DNA from: the human T2T-CHM13v2.0 reference genome, Homo sapiens
Reading direction: 5' to 3' (one strand)
Assembly (NCBI RefSeq): GCF_009914755.1
Contig: NC_060935.1
Length of the DNA stretch: 64,000 nucleotides
The notes under the pieces were generated by a model. The model made no database searches. It worked only from the letters and a program-made list of their open reading frames with translations, and was not told where the DNA came from. Below, in pieces: positions 29,627 to 42,485 of the stretch. The first letter of the stretch is position 1, and every line of letters starts with the position of its first letter. A program made the translations under genes and the position numbers.

Positions 29627-30275
29627 CGATCCTGCAATCCCACTTCTGAGTATATATCCAAAGGAATTAAAATCAGTATGTTGAAGAGATATTTGCCCTG
29701 CCATGTTCGCTACAACATTATTCACAATAACTAAGATATATAAACAATCTAAGTGCCTATCAACAGATAAATAGATCGAAAAAATGTGGTATATGCACTC
29801 AATGAAATACTATTCAGCCTTAAAAAAGACTAAAATTCTGTCATTTATGACGACATGAATGAATCTAGGGGGCATTATGCTAAGTAAAATAAGCCAGGTA
29901 CAAAAAGACAAATATCACATGATCTCACTTTTATGCAGAATCTAAAAATATGAACACAGAGAAGTAGAGTAATGGTTACCAGAGGCTGAGGAGGGTGGGG
30001 TGGGTGGTAAAAGGGGAAATGTTGGTCAAAGGGTACAAAGTTTCAGTTATACAAGAGGAATAGTTTTGGTGATCTATTGCACAGCAAGGTGACCATGGTT
30101 AATTGCTAAGAGTACATTTTAAATGTTCTCACAACAAAAAAATGGTATGTGAGGTGATGGATATGTTAATTAATTAGCCTGATATGCTCATTCCACTGTG
30201 TACACATGTATCAAAACATTACATTGTATCCTATAAACTTACACATTTTTTTTGTCATTTGTAAGTTAAAATAAA
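29627..30275 (+). mobile_element. L1MA-type 3' end
   Basis: gatcctgcaatcccacttctgagtatatatccaaaggaa...gggtacaaagtttcagtta...gtgaggtgatggatatgttaatta. Confidence 0.85.
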
Positions 30276-30304
30276 AGAGACAAAAATAATAAATTCACCC
30301 AAAA

Positions 30305-31210
30305 CAACATTTAAGTAAGGACTTGAAGGAGGTGAGGGAGTTAGTCATACAGGTATTGTAGGAAGCTTTTCCCCATAGAGAGAAGGACCCAGGGTGCTAC
30401 TTTATGTTGGCCAGAATGGAGTGAGCAAAGGGGAGTGTAGTAAGACATGAGAGGAGAAATGGAGGCCATTAAAAGAACTTTGGCTTGTACTCTGAGTAAG
30501 ACAAAGAACAACTGGAAGTCGTTTTGAGCACAGGAGTGACATAATCTATCACTCTCACTGCTATGTGGATAATATAATAGACTAGTCTATTGAAGTAATG
30601 TAGACAAGAGACAACTCTGTCAGCTCAGAATAGGGTAGTGGCAGCAGAGGTGGTAAGTGGTCAGATTATGGGTGTATTCTGAGGGTAAAGGTGACAGAAT
30701 TTACTGACAGGTAGATGTAGAGTGAAAGAGAGAGACAGGATTGAAGAATAACTCCAAGGTTTTTGGCTTGAGAATTAGAAGGATAAAGTAGTCACCAACT
30801 GAGATGGAAATAAGAAGCAGGGCTTTTTTCAGCAGGGCGGGAAGTGGTGGGAGGCAGGGTCAGATCAGTTCAGTTTTGGATAGCTTAAGTCTCAGAGTTT
30901 TGACAGACATCCAGGTGGAAATGTCAGGGCAGGTGGAAGTTAAGAAAATAAGAAAATAAAGGCTGTCCTCAGTCTTAATGCAGTATTAAGCTTTAAAAAC
31001 TTTCGGGAAATCCTAAATGAAGGAGGAAACAGCGATCTATTGTGTTAAATACTGCTAATAGGTCAAGTACTTACTGAGAATTAACCATGGGATTTACTAA
31101 CACAGAGGCCATCGAGAAAAGCAATTTTGGGGCAGTAGTGGGGAAAAAACCCGAAAGGAGAAGATCCATAGACAAGGTATATGGAAAGGACTGTTTCAAA
31201 GGGAGGAGAA
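30305..31210 (-). mobile_element. L2 LINE remnant
   Basis: Purine-rich reverse L2 motifs (ttttgagcacaggagtgacat, actccaaggtttttggcttgag, gacatccaggtggaaatgtc). Confidence 0.7.
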
Positions 31211-32129
31211 AAATGGTGTGAGTGAAGGGGGGGGGTGGTGTCAAGATGTTTTGTTTGTATTTTTTTTTAAATGGGAGAAATAGCAATATTCAAGCTGAAA
31301 TATGTCACAAAACCACTTAGCCATATACTTTCGGACAGAATTCAAATAAGGACAGAATTCAAAGGAATCTAAAAGCAGTAGATGCTAGACATATCTTTGC
31401 CTTTTTAGGACTCTGTCTTTGGCCAAAAATAGAATACTGAAAAGGAAGGGATGGTCATTTGGATTCTAAGTCAGGTCCCAGGTGAATTACTACTTTGTTT
31501 TTCATCCCTGAGCTTCCGTCTAGCCAAGTGTCACAAAGCACCTACACCTCACTTTTATGACCTTGGACAAGTTACTTAACCCCATGAGTCTCAGGTTTCT
31601 ATTTGTATAAAAGAGATAATCATACCTCAATGTTTGTTGCAAAGGCTAAAAGGGGTAAGTATTAAGGTATTCAGTAAATACCAATTCTCTTCCTATCTGC
31701 CCCACTCCTGCTTCTTCTTGCCAAAGAGACTGAGTTCATCTTTTGAGTTTTTCTCAATGGGCTTATGACTAGCACTTTGGGTAGGCCAATTCTTCCTTGC
31801 TTAGAACTGCCCTGTTATAGGGCATTTAGAACTGCCCTATTAGAGGATGTTTGGCATTTCTCTCCCCTGTCTATTAAAGGCCAGCAGTGTCCCATATTCC
31901 TTGTGATAACAAAAACTATCTCCTATACACATTTCTAAAAGCTTTTAGAAATATTCAACAATATTTTAACAGATATACTATTTTTAAATGATAGATTAAA
32001 TATACATAAATGAAATTGTTAACAAAGTAAACATAAAATACTAAGTGATTATTTCAAAATAAACCTTAGAATCTCAAGGCTGGAGGATATCCCTCCCTAA
32101 TTAATTAGTTAATTAATTCATGACAACTA

Positions 32130-32342
32130 TTACATGTTGGAGCCAGGCAGCCTAGGTTAAAATCTCAGCTCTATGACGTACTGACTGTGATAGTGGATAA
32201 GTTACTTAACCTCCTTGTGGCTCAGCTTCCCCATCTGTAAAGTAAGACTAACAACAGTACCTATCTCATAAAGTTGTAAAGATTACACACTTAGAACAAT
32301 ACTTTGTACAGAGTATGAACTACAAGTGTTTGCTATTATTAT
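32130..32342 (+). mobile_element. MIR SINE
   Basis: ggataagttacttaacctccttgtggctcagcttccccatctgtaaa core. Confidence 0.8.
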
Positions 32343-32515
32343 TTACAGTGTAGTGAGGGAAACAGATATTAATAAAATATTGACACAAACATGTAAAGGT
32401 ATAACTGTGACAAGTGCCATTATAGGGAAAAGGTTAACAGTGCTTTATAAGACTATAATGAGGGGATTATTTAAGTAACATTCCAGGGAGAAATTTGGAC
32501 AATTACCTAAAGGAA

Positions 32516-33268
32516 TGAGGACTAAACTCTGATTTTTTATTTTGCCCAAATTCCTATCTAAGGGGTCTGGGGAGTCACGCCCTATAAATCATGGATTTTC
32601 ATTAGATGCGTTTTATTTGACCCCGTATATTGTGACTTGCTTTTCAATTGACTCTGGCATAACATTATGAGACAAAGAAAAAATATTTAACACCCAAAAT
32701 AGATTTACTTGCCAAGCCTTGAAATTGCCCTGCAAAGTTTCTTGTTGGAAAAGTCCACGTTCTATAGAGAATCCCCTTCCCTCTTTGTTTTCCTCTTTTC
32801 TTTGCAGATCCAGTAGATAATCAACTAAAAGCCAGGCACCCTTTTAGCTCTGCGGAGAAACATTTTACAACCTGCTCTCTCTCTCTGAAATTTGCTGAGA
32901 GCTTCCTCTGCAAAATAAAACTTGGTCTCCACAATTATTTTTAACCTGAACATTCCTTTCTATCAATCCCAGGTCTTTAGACAAACTCAACCAATTGTCA
33001 ACCAGAAAATGTTTAAATTTACCTATAGCTTGGAAGCCCCCGCTTTGAGTTGTCCCGCCTTTCTGAACCAAACCAACGTATTTCTTAAATGTATTTGATT
33101 GATGTCTCATGCCTCTCTAAAATATAAAAAACCACGCTGTACACTGACCACTTTGGGCACATGCTCTCAGGACCTCCTGAGGGCTGAGTCATGGGCCATG
33201 GTCACTCATATTTGGCTCAGAATAAATCTCTTCAAATATTTTACAGAGTTTGACTCTTTCACTCAATA
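32516..33268 (+). mobile_element. Solo ERV1 LTR, MER4 group (MER4D/E-like)
   Basis: Starts TGAGGACTAAACTCTGATTTTTT; ends gctcagaataaatctcttcaaatattttacagagtttgactcttt, the MER4 3' signature. Confidence 0.85.
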
Positions 33269-33845
33269 GAGTTTAAGTATAATGTCAAATATAACTTTGT
33301 TTCACAACTAGTTGCATATTTTAACAAAGACATGGATGTTAATTTTTAAAGTATCATGTATTTCCCTATCTTTTAAAAACAAATATGTGGATAGAATTTT
33401 CTTAATAAAAATGCCTAAGGTCAACAGAATCATCAAATGTAAAAATTAATCTATGTTCAAATATACTTACATCTGCAGGAATTAATGAGATCGTTCCTAC
33501 ATTATTATGTGGTGCCTTCTTTGTTTTCTAGGATGGCTGACTAAAAGAAATGAGCATTTAGTTGATTCTGAATAAGGCACAGAGAGAGTAAATTCTTCAA
33601 CCATGTTTAATATGAAGCAGCAAAAGAAAAGCCTAAATATCGTTATCTGCGCAAGAATGTGTGGATTCACAAATTCTTTTCAGACAGCTGTTCAGAAGAT
33701 AGTATTATAGCCTCTGATCAATTTTGTCCTATCTACCCCTAAGTGGTATTTACTGAACAGAATCAAAAGAGCAAACTGGTAGGATTTCATTGGTGGAACT
33801 AAAACATGAAAGACAAATACTTCCAACGTGATTATTCATTATAAT

Positions 33846-34058
33846 CAGGTTGAGCATTCCAAATTTGAAAATCTAAAATCTAAAACTTTGTGAGCACCAA
33901 CATGACACTCAAAGGAAATGCTCATTAGAGTATTTTGGATTTTCAGATTAGAGATCCTCAACCAGTAAGCACAATGCAAAAATTAAAAAAAAAAAAAAAT
34001 TCCAAAATTCAAAAAAACTTCTGGTACCAAGCATTTTATATAATAGATACTAAACCTG
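33846..34058 (+). mobile_element. Tigger4/MER46-type MITE
   Basis: CAGGTTGAGCAT...gatactaaaCCTG inverted termini; internal acatgacactcaaaggaaatgctcatt. Confidence 0.75.
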
Positions 34059-34889
34059 AAGAAGAATATTTGTCTAGTCTAGAGAGAGTAGGGTATCAAA
34101 AAAGAAGAATGAAGGGGCTAAGGAAAGGGGCTTTACTTGCTAATGTATAAAACAAAAGGGTTAGATTATATGATACGGAAAGTCTTTTTCTAGCTCCAAA
34201 ATTTTATGATTATTATGCATGATTAGAAAAGGGTACAAGAGAATAAGAAATGACAGTTAATAGACTTTTACTTTATATCCCTATTCTCTCGTAGAGAGTC
34301 TAGTATATAGTAAATTTTCAAATATACCAATGAATGAATTAATAAACTATAAAAAATGCTCACAGACCCCAAAAAGCAATTTACTCACTTAGAGTAGAAG
34401 GAAAAAGAAAATGTATATCTCCAAGAGAAACAACATATTAGAGTACAATAGTTGACAACAACAGGCAATCACAATGAGAACCCTGAGGCATCAAAAAGAA
34501 AAAAATAAGAAAGAAATAATGTTCCCAATTTCTTGTTTAGAAAATTAAAGAAATGGCAAGATCATGTTTTATTTTCATCATTAAGTGTGGTTAAAATACT
34601 TTATTACTTAGCAAAGCTAATATTCAATTTTCTGGAAGATTCATTTATGTAGAACAGCTCATGCCTCTGCAATGTTTAATGAGGTATTAAAATCTATTTA
34701 TCCTGAATACTTGCATGGTAATAAGCCAAGTTGAACAGGTCAATTTTTAACTTATAACATATGTAGCTAGTGCTCATCCCAGATTAAAGATTCACCCCTA
34801 ATTATATGCAAGTACAATAAATTTTATTTAATTCATTGATTGTATGCACTGATACTTTCTTCAAAAGCATTCAGATCATGATATGTATT

Positions 34890-35460
34890 GCATGTCATTT
34901 ACCTGCTCCAAACTATCCAATGACTTCTCATCATAAGAATAAAATACAAACTCCTTACCATGGCCTATAAATTCCACATATGGCCCTGCCTACCTCTCTG
35001 ACAATGACTTCTACTGCTGTCTCCCCATTTCATTATTCTGCTTCAGCTGCAATGACTTTCTTAGCATTCCTAAAACACTTCAGTCTTGTTTTGGCCTCCT
35101 GGCTTTTTTATTTTTGCTTACTGGCAGGCATTACCTCCAGATATTTGCAAATTGTAATCCCTCACTTCATTATTCAGGTCTCTTCAAATGCCACTTTACA
35201 GAGGCTTTCCCTAAAGAATCTATCTAAAATAGTGTCACCCTGCCTTTGCTTCTCCAATCCCTTACTAGGTTTATTTTTCTTTCTTGAGTTTAGCACTAAT
35301 TGGAAAGTATATGTTATCTGGTTACATATTTATTGCTTGTTTTCCCTCTAGAATGTAAGCACTGTGAGAGCACGGAGTTCATCTGCACACCAGCACCTAG
35401 GACACTGCTTGTCAAATATTTAGGACCCAATAAATACTTGTTGAATAAATGAATGAATAA
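34890..35460 (+). mobile_element. L2 3' end
   Basis: aaactccttaccatggccta...tagaatgtaagc...caataaatacttgttgaataaatgaatgaa terminus. Confidence 0.85.
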
Positions 35461-35784
35461 ACCAGTACAGTTTTAATAGACTTATAGCATGTTACCATTT
35501 GTATTTTTAAAAGATATATATGTATATGCATGGTCATTCCCAGAAGGGTACACAAGAAATTGATAATACCACTTTCCCTATAGAAGGGAAATATGAAGGT
35601 CTGAGTGAGAGACAGGTTTATTTTCCATTTCATATTCTTTTGTAATATTTAAATTTTAAACAAGGTCTAGGTATTTTTATTTCAAAACAGACAAACAACA
35701 ACAACAAAACCACTATTAAAATTTACCTTAATCGCAACATTTAATTTAGTAACAATAAGTTATATTTTCTATTGAGCTCATATC

Positions 35785-36000
35785 CCACAAATAGAAATGT
35801 ACTAACAATTGACATACTCTTACTAAATCGTCATAACAACCTATGACATAAACCCTGTACTGTCATTCCTATTTTATTAAGGCAGAAAGTGTAATACAGA
35901 GAAATTAACTGGCTAAAGTCACACAACTGAGGAAGCACATGCCATGGGATTTGAACTCAGACTGACTGAATCTAAAGGCCAAATACTTAATCACTACTCT
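35785..36000 (-). mobile_element. MIR SINE
   Basis: aaagtcacacaact...gggatttgaactcagactgactga..ctaaaggcc. Confidence 0.7.
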
Positions 36001-36479
36001 CCCTGATGTAAATATATAACCCTCAGAAATTTTCTTATAGAAGTTAAAAATATATATATTGCTTACTTTTTTAGAAATTTTAAAACATTTAATTGGCAAA
36101 GATTGTATAAAACGAAGATGTACAATGTGATGGTCTCATATTCTTATACACAATGGAATGATTACCACAATTAAATTAATACGTCTATCACCATTGATGC
36201 TGTACATTAAATGCCATGAACTTATTTATCTTATAACTTAAAGTGTACCCTTTGACCAAAATCTCCCTATTTCCCCCAAAACTCAGCTTCTGGTACCACT
36301 CTCTTATATTTCCTTACTTTTGATAGAAACCTCAGGGCCTGGCACAGGAGCTCTTGAATGTGAAAATAAAACTGATTATGATTTCTCTGTACTTGTCAGA
36401 TATCACAGAGTGGCCATTCTCAATAAGTATGCTTTAACAATGCTTAGATTAGGTTGATATGGTGATAATTATTAATAAT

Positions 36480-36917
36480 GAACAACAATGCTTTTCATTT
36501 GAGTATGTACACTCTGTCTCATGCATTATAGTAAACACTTGACATTCGTCATTGCATTCAATCCTTATAATAATCACGTAAGGTAGGTTGTAGTAGTATT
36601 TCCATTTTACAAAAACAAAGACTTAGCCTTAGGATAAGTAACTTTTCCAAGATGACGTAACAAGTGGGCAACCAAATGTCAAATATAAGTCAATTCAGTC
36701 AAAGATTCACCCCTAATTTTATGAAAGTACTATAATAAATTTAATTCATTGATTGTATTCACTGATACGTTCATCAAAAGCATTCAGATCATGTGATGCA
36801 TCACATGGCATTCACCTGCTCTAAAGTCTCCAATGACTTCTCACCAGAAGAATAAAACACAAACTCCTTAACGGGTACAAATCTAAAGTCCATGTTATTA
36901 ACAGCTAGGTTCTACTG
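36480..36917 (-). mobile_element. MIR interrupted by a ~170-bp locally copied segment
   Basis: MIR-like sequence before 36700 resumes at ~36880 (tctaaagtccatgttattaac). Confidence 0.6.
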
Positions 36918-37351
36918 GAATCAGAAGAGAATACTTCCAAACAATGATACAGAAGTAGAGTGACAGTTATGATATATTAAATACAAACTCAAACCTGAAT
37001 TAGATTCAGATTCAACAAACACTGTATAGGACTGAAAACGATACTCAACACTATCATCTACAGTCCATCTTAAAGCTCTTTTTGGAATATCAGTCTTGGG
37101 GGCACTACTCCCACCAACTTACAACCATCAGGGAAGAATAAAAGGTTCAACTGGAGGGAAGGCCGGCACTGACAGCTGAGCTATTTTTTTTCCTCTTAGT
37201 TTTCACAGTTGTCAGCAAAAAAAAAAAAAAAAAAAAATCATTTTTATCGTGTCTCTTAATTGATTTGGGGTATTTCTATGATGGGACAAGATGCACTTTC
37301 AATATAAAAATATTATGTATTTGTAAATACTTTTCAATAGTAGAAGAGGAA

Positions 37352-37786
<435 letters not shown>

Positions 37787-38727
37787 CTAGTCATTGGATA
37801 TCACATTCTCTAGCATCAAAGTTTATAAAAACCTTACAAAAACGAAACAGGAGGCTAGACGTGGTGGAATGACACTAAAAATTAAAATCTGTAGAGTGCC
37901 TAAATTTCTACCTAATTATCCATAATCTAAACTATATATTATACCACAAAATCAGTTCATTCTGGTCAAATACTCTCTTCTCATATAATAAACAGCAGTC
38001 AGTCTTGGCTTCTCTGTAACTGAGTGACTAATGAGCTCCTAAAAAAAAAAAAAAGTCCTGCGGAAACCAAGAACAGACTATAGGACTGATTCTAAATGTT
38101 TACAGTTTAATTTCATCTGCAGAGCATTTGCCAAACAGTATCTCTTCCGTACCTCATCTGATCCTCGGCAATCCCGTTAGGCAGTCAGAGCGGCTTTTAT
38201 CTCGATGCTACCTACAACTGGGGCTCAGGAGGGGTTCCCGATTGACCAGTGCAAGACTAACAGTTAAAGCTCTTCAGACAAAAATTTTATGCAGTGATGA
38301 ACAAAAGCTCCTCGTTTGATAGGTAAGCCCCTGGGTACGCTTATATGTGAGTCTGAAACAAAACACTCCCAATTTGGAGTCCGGAAAAAAGCTGACACTA
38401 CAAGGTGCTGGGCAGTTAAAGTTCTCTGCCAGTCTGGGAAAGGGGCCAAGATGCCCTTTAAAACTTAAGACTTCCTCTCAGGACTTAAGGAGATCCCTGC
38501 CCTTCCAGCTGAGCAGTCGAGGATTACGGTCAAGCAGAGCTGTGCTCTTAGCAGGTTCTCGAATCCCTTTTTCCTTTCACTTTCTCCCCAGGTACCCTGA
38601 TCCCCCACCCCTCAACGCTTCTGTGTTTGTCAAGAAGCCCACCTGGTCTTCTAGACCTGAAGCGGCAGGACCCTCCGTTCCCAATAATACAAGTCACCAA
38701 AAGGAGCGTCCCAGAGTCCAGTTTTAC

Positions 38728-38830
38728 CTTCATGTGCCTCTCACTCACTTCAGGCCCAGGCCAGGTTACCGCAACCACTTCACTTTAATGTCCGCCTCCC
38801 AGCGCTTCAGACTCAACCACAATATTCAAA
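38728..38830 (-). other. KIF18A: KIF18A non-coding exon 1 (TSS approximate)
   Basis: Directly downstream of CCAAT/CHR promoter elements; AAG|GTAAAA donor at 38728/38727 agrees with my recollection of the mRNA. Other donors exist at 38749 and 38770. TSS cannot be fixed from sequence. Confidence 0.7.
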
Positions 38831-39140
38831 CCCAAGCCACTTTCCTCAGCGCTTCGTTTCATTGGCTGCCGCTCGCGTGATGTCATCACGTCGGACGCTG
38901 TCACGGCTCGCGGCAGCTTGGCGCCAAGAAGCTCAGCCTGGCTGCGCAGGGGAAGCTCTTTGCTTGCTCGTCACCGTGGCAACGCGCGCGGCCGTTTCCG
39001 GAGGCGGTGGCCAAAGTGGGCGGGGCTAGGCCGGAGCTGCTGGTGGGAGGCAGCCGCTTGAGATCACCAGGCCTCCTGTAGACCGGCGGGTGCAGGGCCC
39101 GGTCCCAGAGTTAAGGGTGTGAGTGAGACTGCTGCGGGCA
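38790..39140. promoter_or_regulatory. CpG-island bidirectional promoter KIF18A/METTL15
   Basis: Sharp local rise in GC and CpG between divergent genes. CHR TTTGAA (minus, 38825-38830), CCAAT (minus, 38861-38865), TGATGTCA CRE/AP-1-like (38878-38885), E2F-like TTGGCGCCAA (38918-38927), RFX X-box GTCACCGTGGCAAC (38970-38983), ETS core TTCCGG (~38996-39001), GC box GGGCGGGGC (39018-39026). No TATA box. Confidence 0.9.
39040..39118 (+). other. METTL15: METTL15 non-coding exon 1 (boundaries approximate)
   Basis: Follows the GC box; best donor GGT|GTGAGT at 39118/39119 (alternative GTGAGA at 39123). Start is an estimate. Confidence 0.5.
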
Positions 39141-40829
39141 GGGGTTGGCCTATGCCCTCTGCTAGGGGGAGAGGTGGAGTTTGGGTGTGGATTAATGGGT
39201 TCTGGGTGTTTATTTTCTTTTCTCTGAGTAGTGAGGCCTCCAAGAAGTTGTAGGGACCTGTTTCTTCCAGACACATTAATATGGGCCAAAATGTGGGGTC
39301 TCTTCACCTGAATTAATTGGAGATCTTTTGGGTTGAGGCCTCAGGCTTCATTTCTCAGGACTTCCAGGCCTACTCCCATTAGTACTGACCGTGAAACTAT
39401 TTTCTGTTTGGTTACTTTTTACATTCTCTGTCTAATGATGGCATAACAAAATAAATTTAAAGATTTTGGCTTGGTTTATTATTAGGTGAAGTGATTTTTT
39501 TTAAGTCCCAGGTTATAGATATTATTTCAGCATAGACACTTTAAAAAGAGAGAAAATACCTGGAACAAATCGGAAATACGTTTGCTAAAATAACTTTATT
39601 TGGCAGGGTGTTTTTAATAACAGTATCTGAATTTCATTGTTCTATATATTACTGTTATTGTATCCATTTAGCAATTATTTAGATTTTAGACACAATAGTA
39701 TGCAATGGAATCAAACTCTTCCCTCTTGGAGCTTATATTTTGTGGATTCAATATCACTTTATAAATAGGATGACTCATACCCATGCAGAGTATTATAAAT
39801 GCAACAATATATGGAAACCTCTGTATTATGGACATTTATTTCCTGTTGAGGAAAATCGGGAGTATTGTGTACTGTATGTGATGCATGTTATATTATTGTT
39901 TCTGATCACTAGACAGAGGATCAATAAAGCTACTACTTATTTTTGGCTGTATTACGTGTATCTTAGCTAATGAAATGGTTATTTGTGTGCTGCTGGTCTT
40001 GGTAATAAAATCGAGATGTCTTTATTTCCAGTAAGAACTCATTGTATAGTACTTTACGTTTTGACTTCCCAGGTATTTTATTAGTCCCTTTACATATGGT
40101 CTCTCAGTTAATTCTCAAAACAGCCCATGAGACGTAGGTAATATTATTTTCATTTTTCTGAGAGAAAACTGAAGTTTTCAGAAAATTCCTAACACAAAAT
40201 TTTGTCTTGAACTATACAGGCAAGGCAATTCAGAATTGAGTCATTTGTCTCTGAAATACTTTCTGGATTAAGTGACATTAAGAGAATATCTTAATCCAGT
40301 CTGAAAATATGCATATTTTGCCAGTTGCTTGTAAAATTGCATGGATCATTGGTGAAGAATAGAAGTGTTTTAAAGTTTGTCTTTTTTGACACCCACATTG
40401 TATAAGGTTTATCAGTGCCACAGATGTTTTCACACCTAATCCAAGTACTTTAGATTTCAAATTCAGTGTTACACTTGCCATTTAACAGTGTTCAGATGAT
40501 GAGGTCCATATTTTAAAGGAATTGTACATTTGGTTAAAGCAGAGAGATTTTGACATTACAATCAATCCCACTACTGTGCCACCTTGCTCCTTGTAGTTTC
40601 TAAACATAGAGCTAATGAGACAGAAATTCCCACTTTTAGTTAAAAATTGGAGTATAACTGCTGTGTTATCAGAATACAAGTTTAATATACTTTCATTGTA
40701 AACCAAAGAGCAGAGATAAGGATAAATGAAAAGTTAGATTTAAAGTTGTTTCAGACCAAAAAATAAAAATGGAAAAAGTAAAAGTGAATTTAAACATGGC
40801 AATAGTGAGGTCTTATTTATTTCCCCCAG

Positions 40830-41065
40830 GAAAGTCGTTTGGAAACCCCAGGCCAACAGGACCCTTTGGCAGCTGAGGCTGGAAACAGCGGAACCAAAGG
40901 CAGACGGTCCTCAGTTGCTTGGGCGGACGTGGACCCAATCTGTCCGTCCTTACAAGTTTCCCCCAGGGGCAGGACCTAGACGCGCGGCGCATTCAGGTTC
41001 TCCTGGACCGTAGTGGTAGTCGCTGGCCCGAGTTAGAGGCCAGCTGAGAAGTCTTCGTGCTTCAG
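40830..41065 (+). other. METTL15: METTL15 non-coding exon 2 (236 nt)
   Basis: tcttatttatttcccccag| acceptor and CAG|GTGAGG donor bracket a CpG-rich, ATG-free segment. Confidence 0.8.
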
Positions 41066-42254
41066 GTGAGGAGAAGGGGACCGAGTCCCGGGAACTCGTT
41101 TTGGAAACCACCAAACCTTTGGGGGTACTCCACAGGGGTCGCTGGATTCGTCCGGAGCAAAAGAAAAATACGCCCCTGACCCTCTCCCTCTCTTCAACAC
41201 GCCTTCAACCTGGGTTTGGAAGTTTCCGAATAGTTTTTCCTCGTCAGAGCGTAATTCTTAGGCAAAAGGGTGTATTTTTCTCTTTCCTTAGAACCTCTTT
41301 CACTTTCTCAGCGTTCGTGTGCCAGCCGCCACGTCGCGTTTTTGTCCTTAAAAATTACATTTTCAAACAGGATTTCCCTGCCAGACAAAATTGACTGCAA
41401 TGATTATAATTGTTAGAGCCCTTGAGGGAGTATCCTTCATGGGCATCACTCACCTGTGTGTTTTCACAATTAAAAGAGTAATCTGGCAATTTTATGCTCT
41501 CAACAGCCAAAAGTGAACTTTGCTTGTAGAGAAAAGTTAAATGACTTAACTAGGAGATCACAGAGGCAGTTTTCCTGACTCCCTGCTTCCTTATGACCAG
41601 AGGGAACTTAATCTTAAATCATTTAGGGTAGCTGGCCACTAGCAGACTGCAGGAGAGCTCCAAGTTGTCTGGTAGGAAACTGGGCTCCAAAAGAGAAGAA
41701 TATAATTTTCTTTAGAGCATGCCACACCCCCAGCTTCCATTTTTTTAGGGAGGTATTGCAGGAAACAAGAGGCAAATGAACTATTTGTCACCCTTTCTCC
41801 AGGTTGACTCAAGTTGGCAGGCAATTAGTTCATAATAAAATATTCAGGCTTTGTGCCTTGACCATAGTTGAATAAACACATAGAGACTGAATGCAATAGA
41901 AAAAAATTAAATGCAAGTGATAGCGTTTTTTGTTTGTTTTCCCCCCGCTACTCTGCGTTTTCCTGTATAGTTCTTATTCCTATGTTAGAATTGATGATAC
42001 TACTTTTCTTTTTAGTTATCAAAATCTGGACATATAGGGTAGGTTGTTCCAGAGTTCACTTTTTAGGCGTATACATTGTACGTTCATTACTGGGAACCCC
42101 GCAGCATACTGTTATTTTTAAGTGGAACAGAGCCAAGCCATTGGATGTCGGTTCCTTAATAAAATGAATCTATGAGATATTACAGATATATAGTCAATTT
42201 AATTGAAGTACTATTAAATTACATAAGTGGATTAAATAGTTCCAGTGGGCAATG

Positions 42255-42485
42255 TTTATAGCATGGAGATTGAGTTCAGGCTCTGGGGGTAGACTGTGTT
42301 ACAATTTTAGCTTTACGGCTCTCTAGCTATGTGGCCTTTGGCAAATTACTTCTCTGTTTTCCCTGTCTATAAAATGGGAATAATATTTCAAGAGTCGTGG
42401 TAAGGATTGAATGAGGTAGCGCATGTAGTGTGGTTATAATAGTAAGTGGTGCTTAGTAAGTGCTAAATAAATGTTAGCTATTATT
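42255..42485 (+). mobile_element. MIR SINE
   Basis: caggctctgg...tttccctgtctataaaatgggaataat...gtgctaaataaatgttagctattatt. Confidence 0.8.

Noticed and set aside
29990-30016. G-quadruplex-like G runs
   Set aside because: Part of the G-rich tract of an L1 3'UTR; not locus-specific.
38347-38880. 177-aa plus-strand ORF antisense to KIF18A exon 1
   Set aside because: GTG start, no recognisable domain, and in stop-poor GC-rich promoter flank; consistent with chance.
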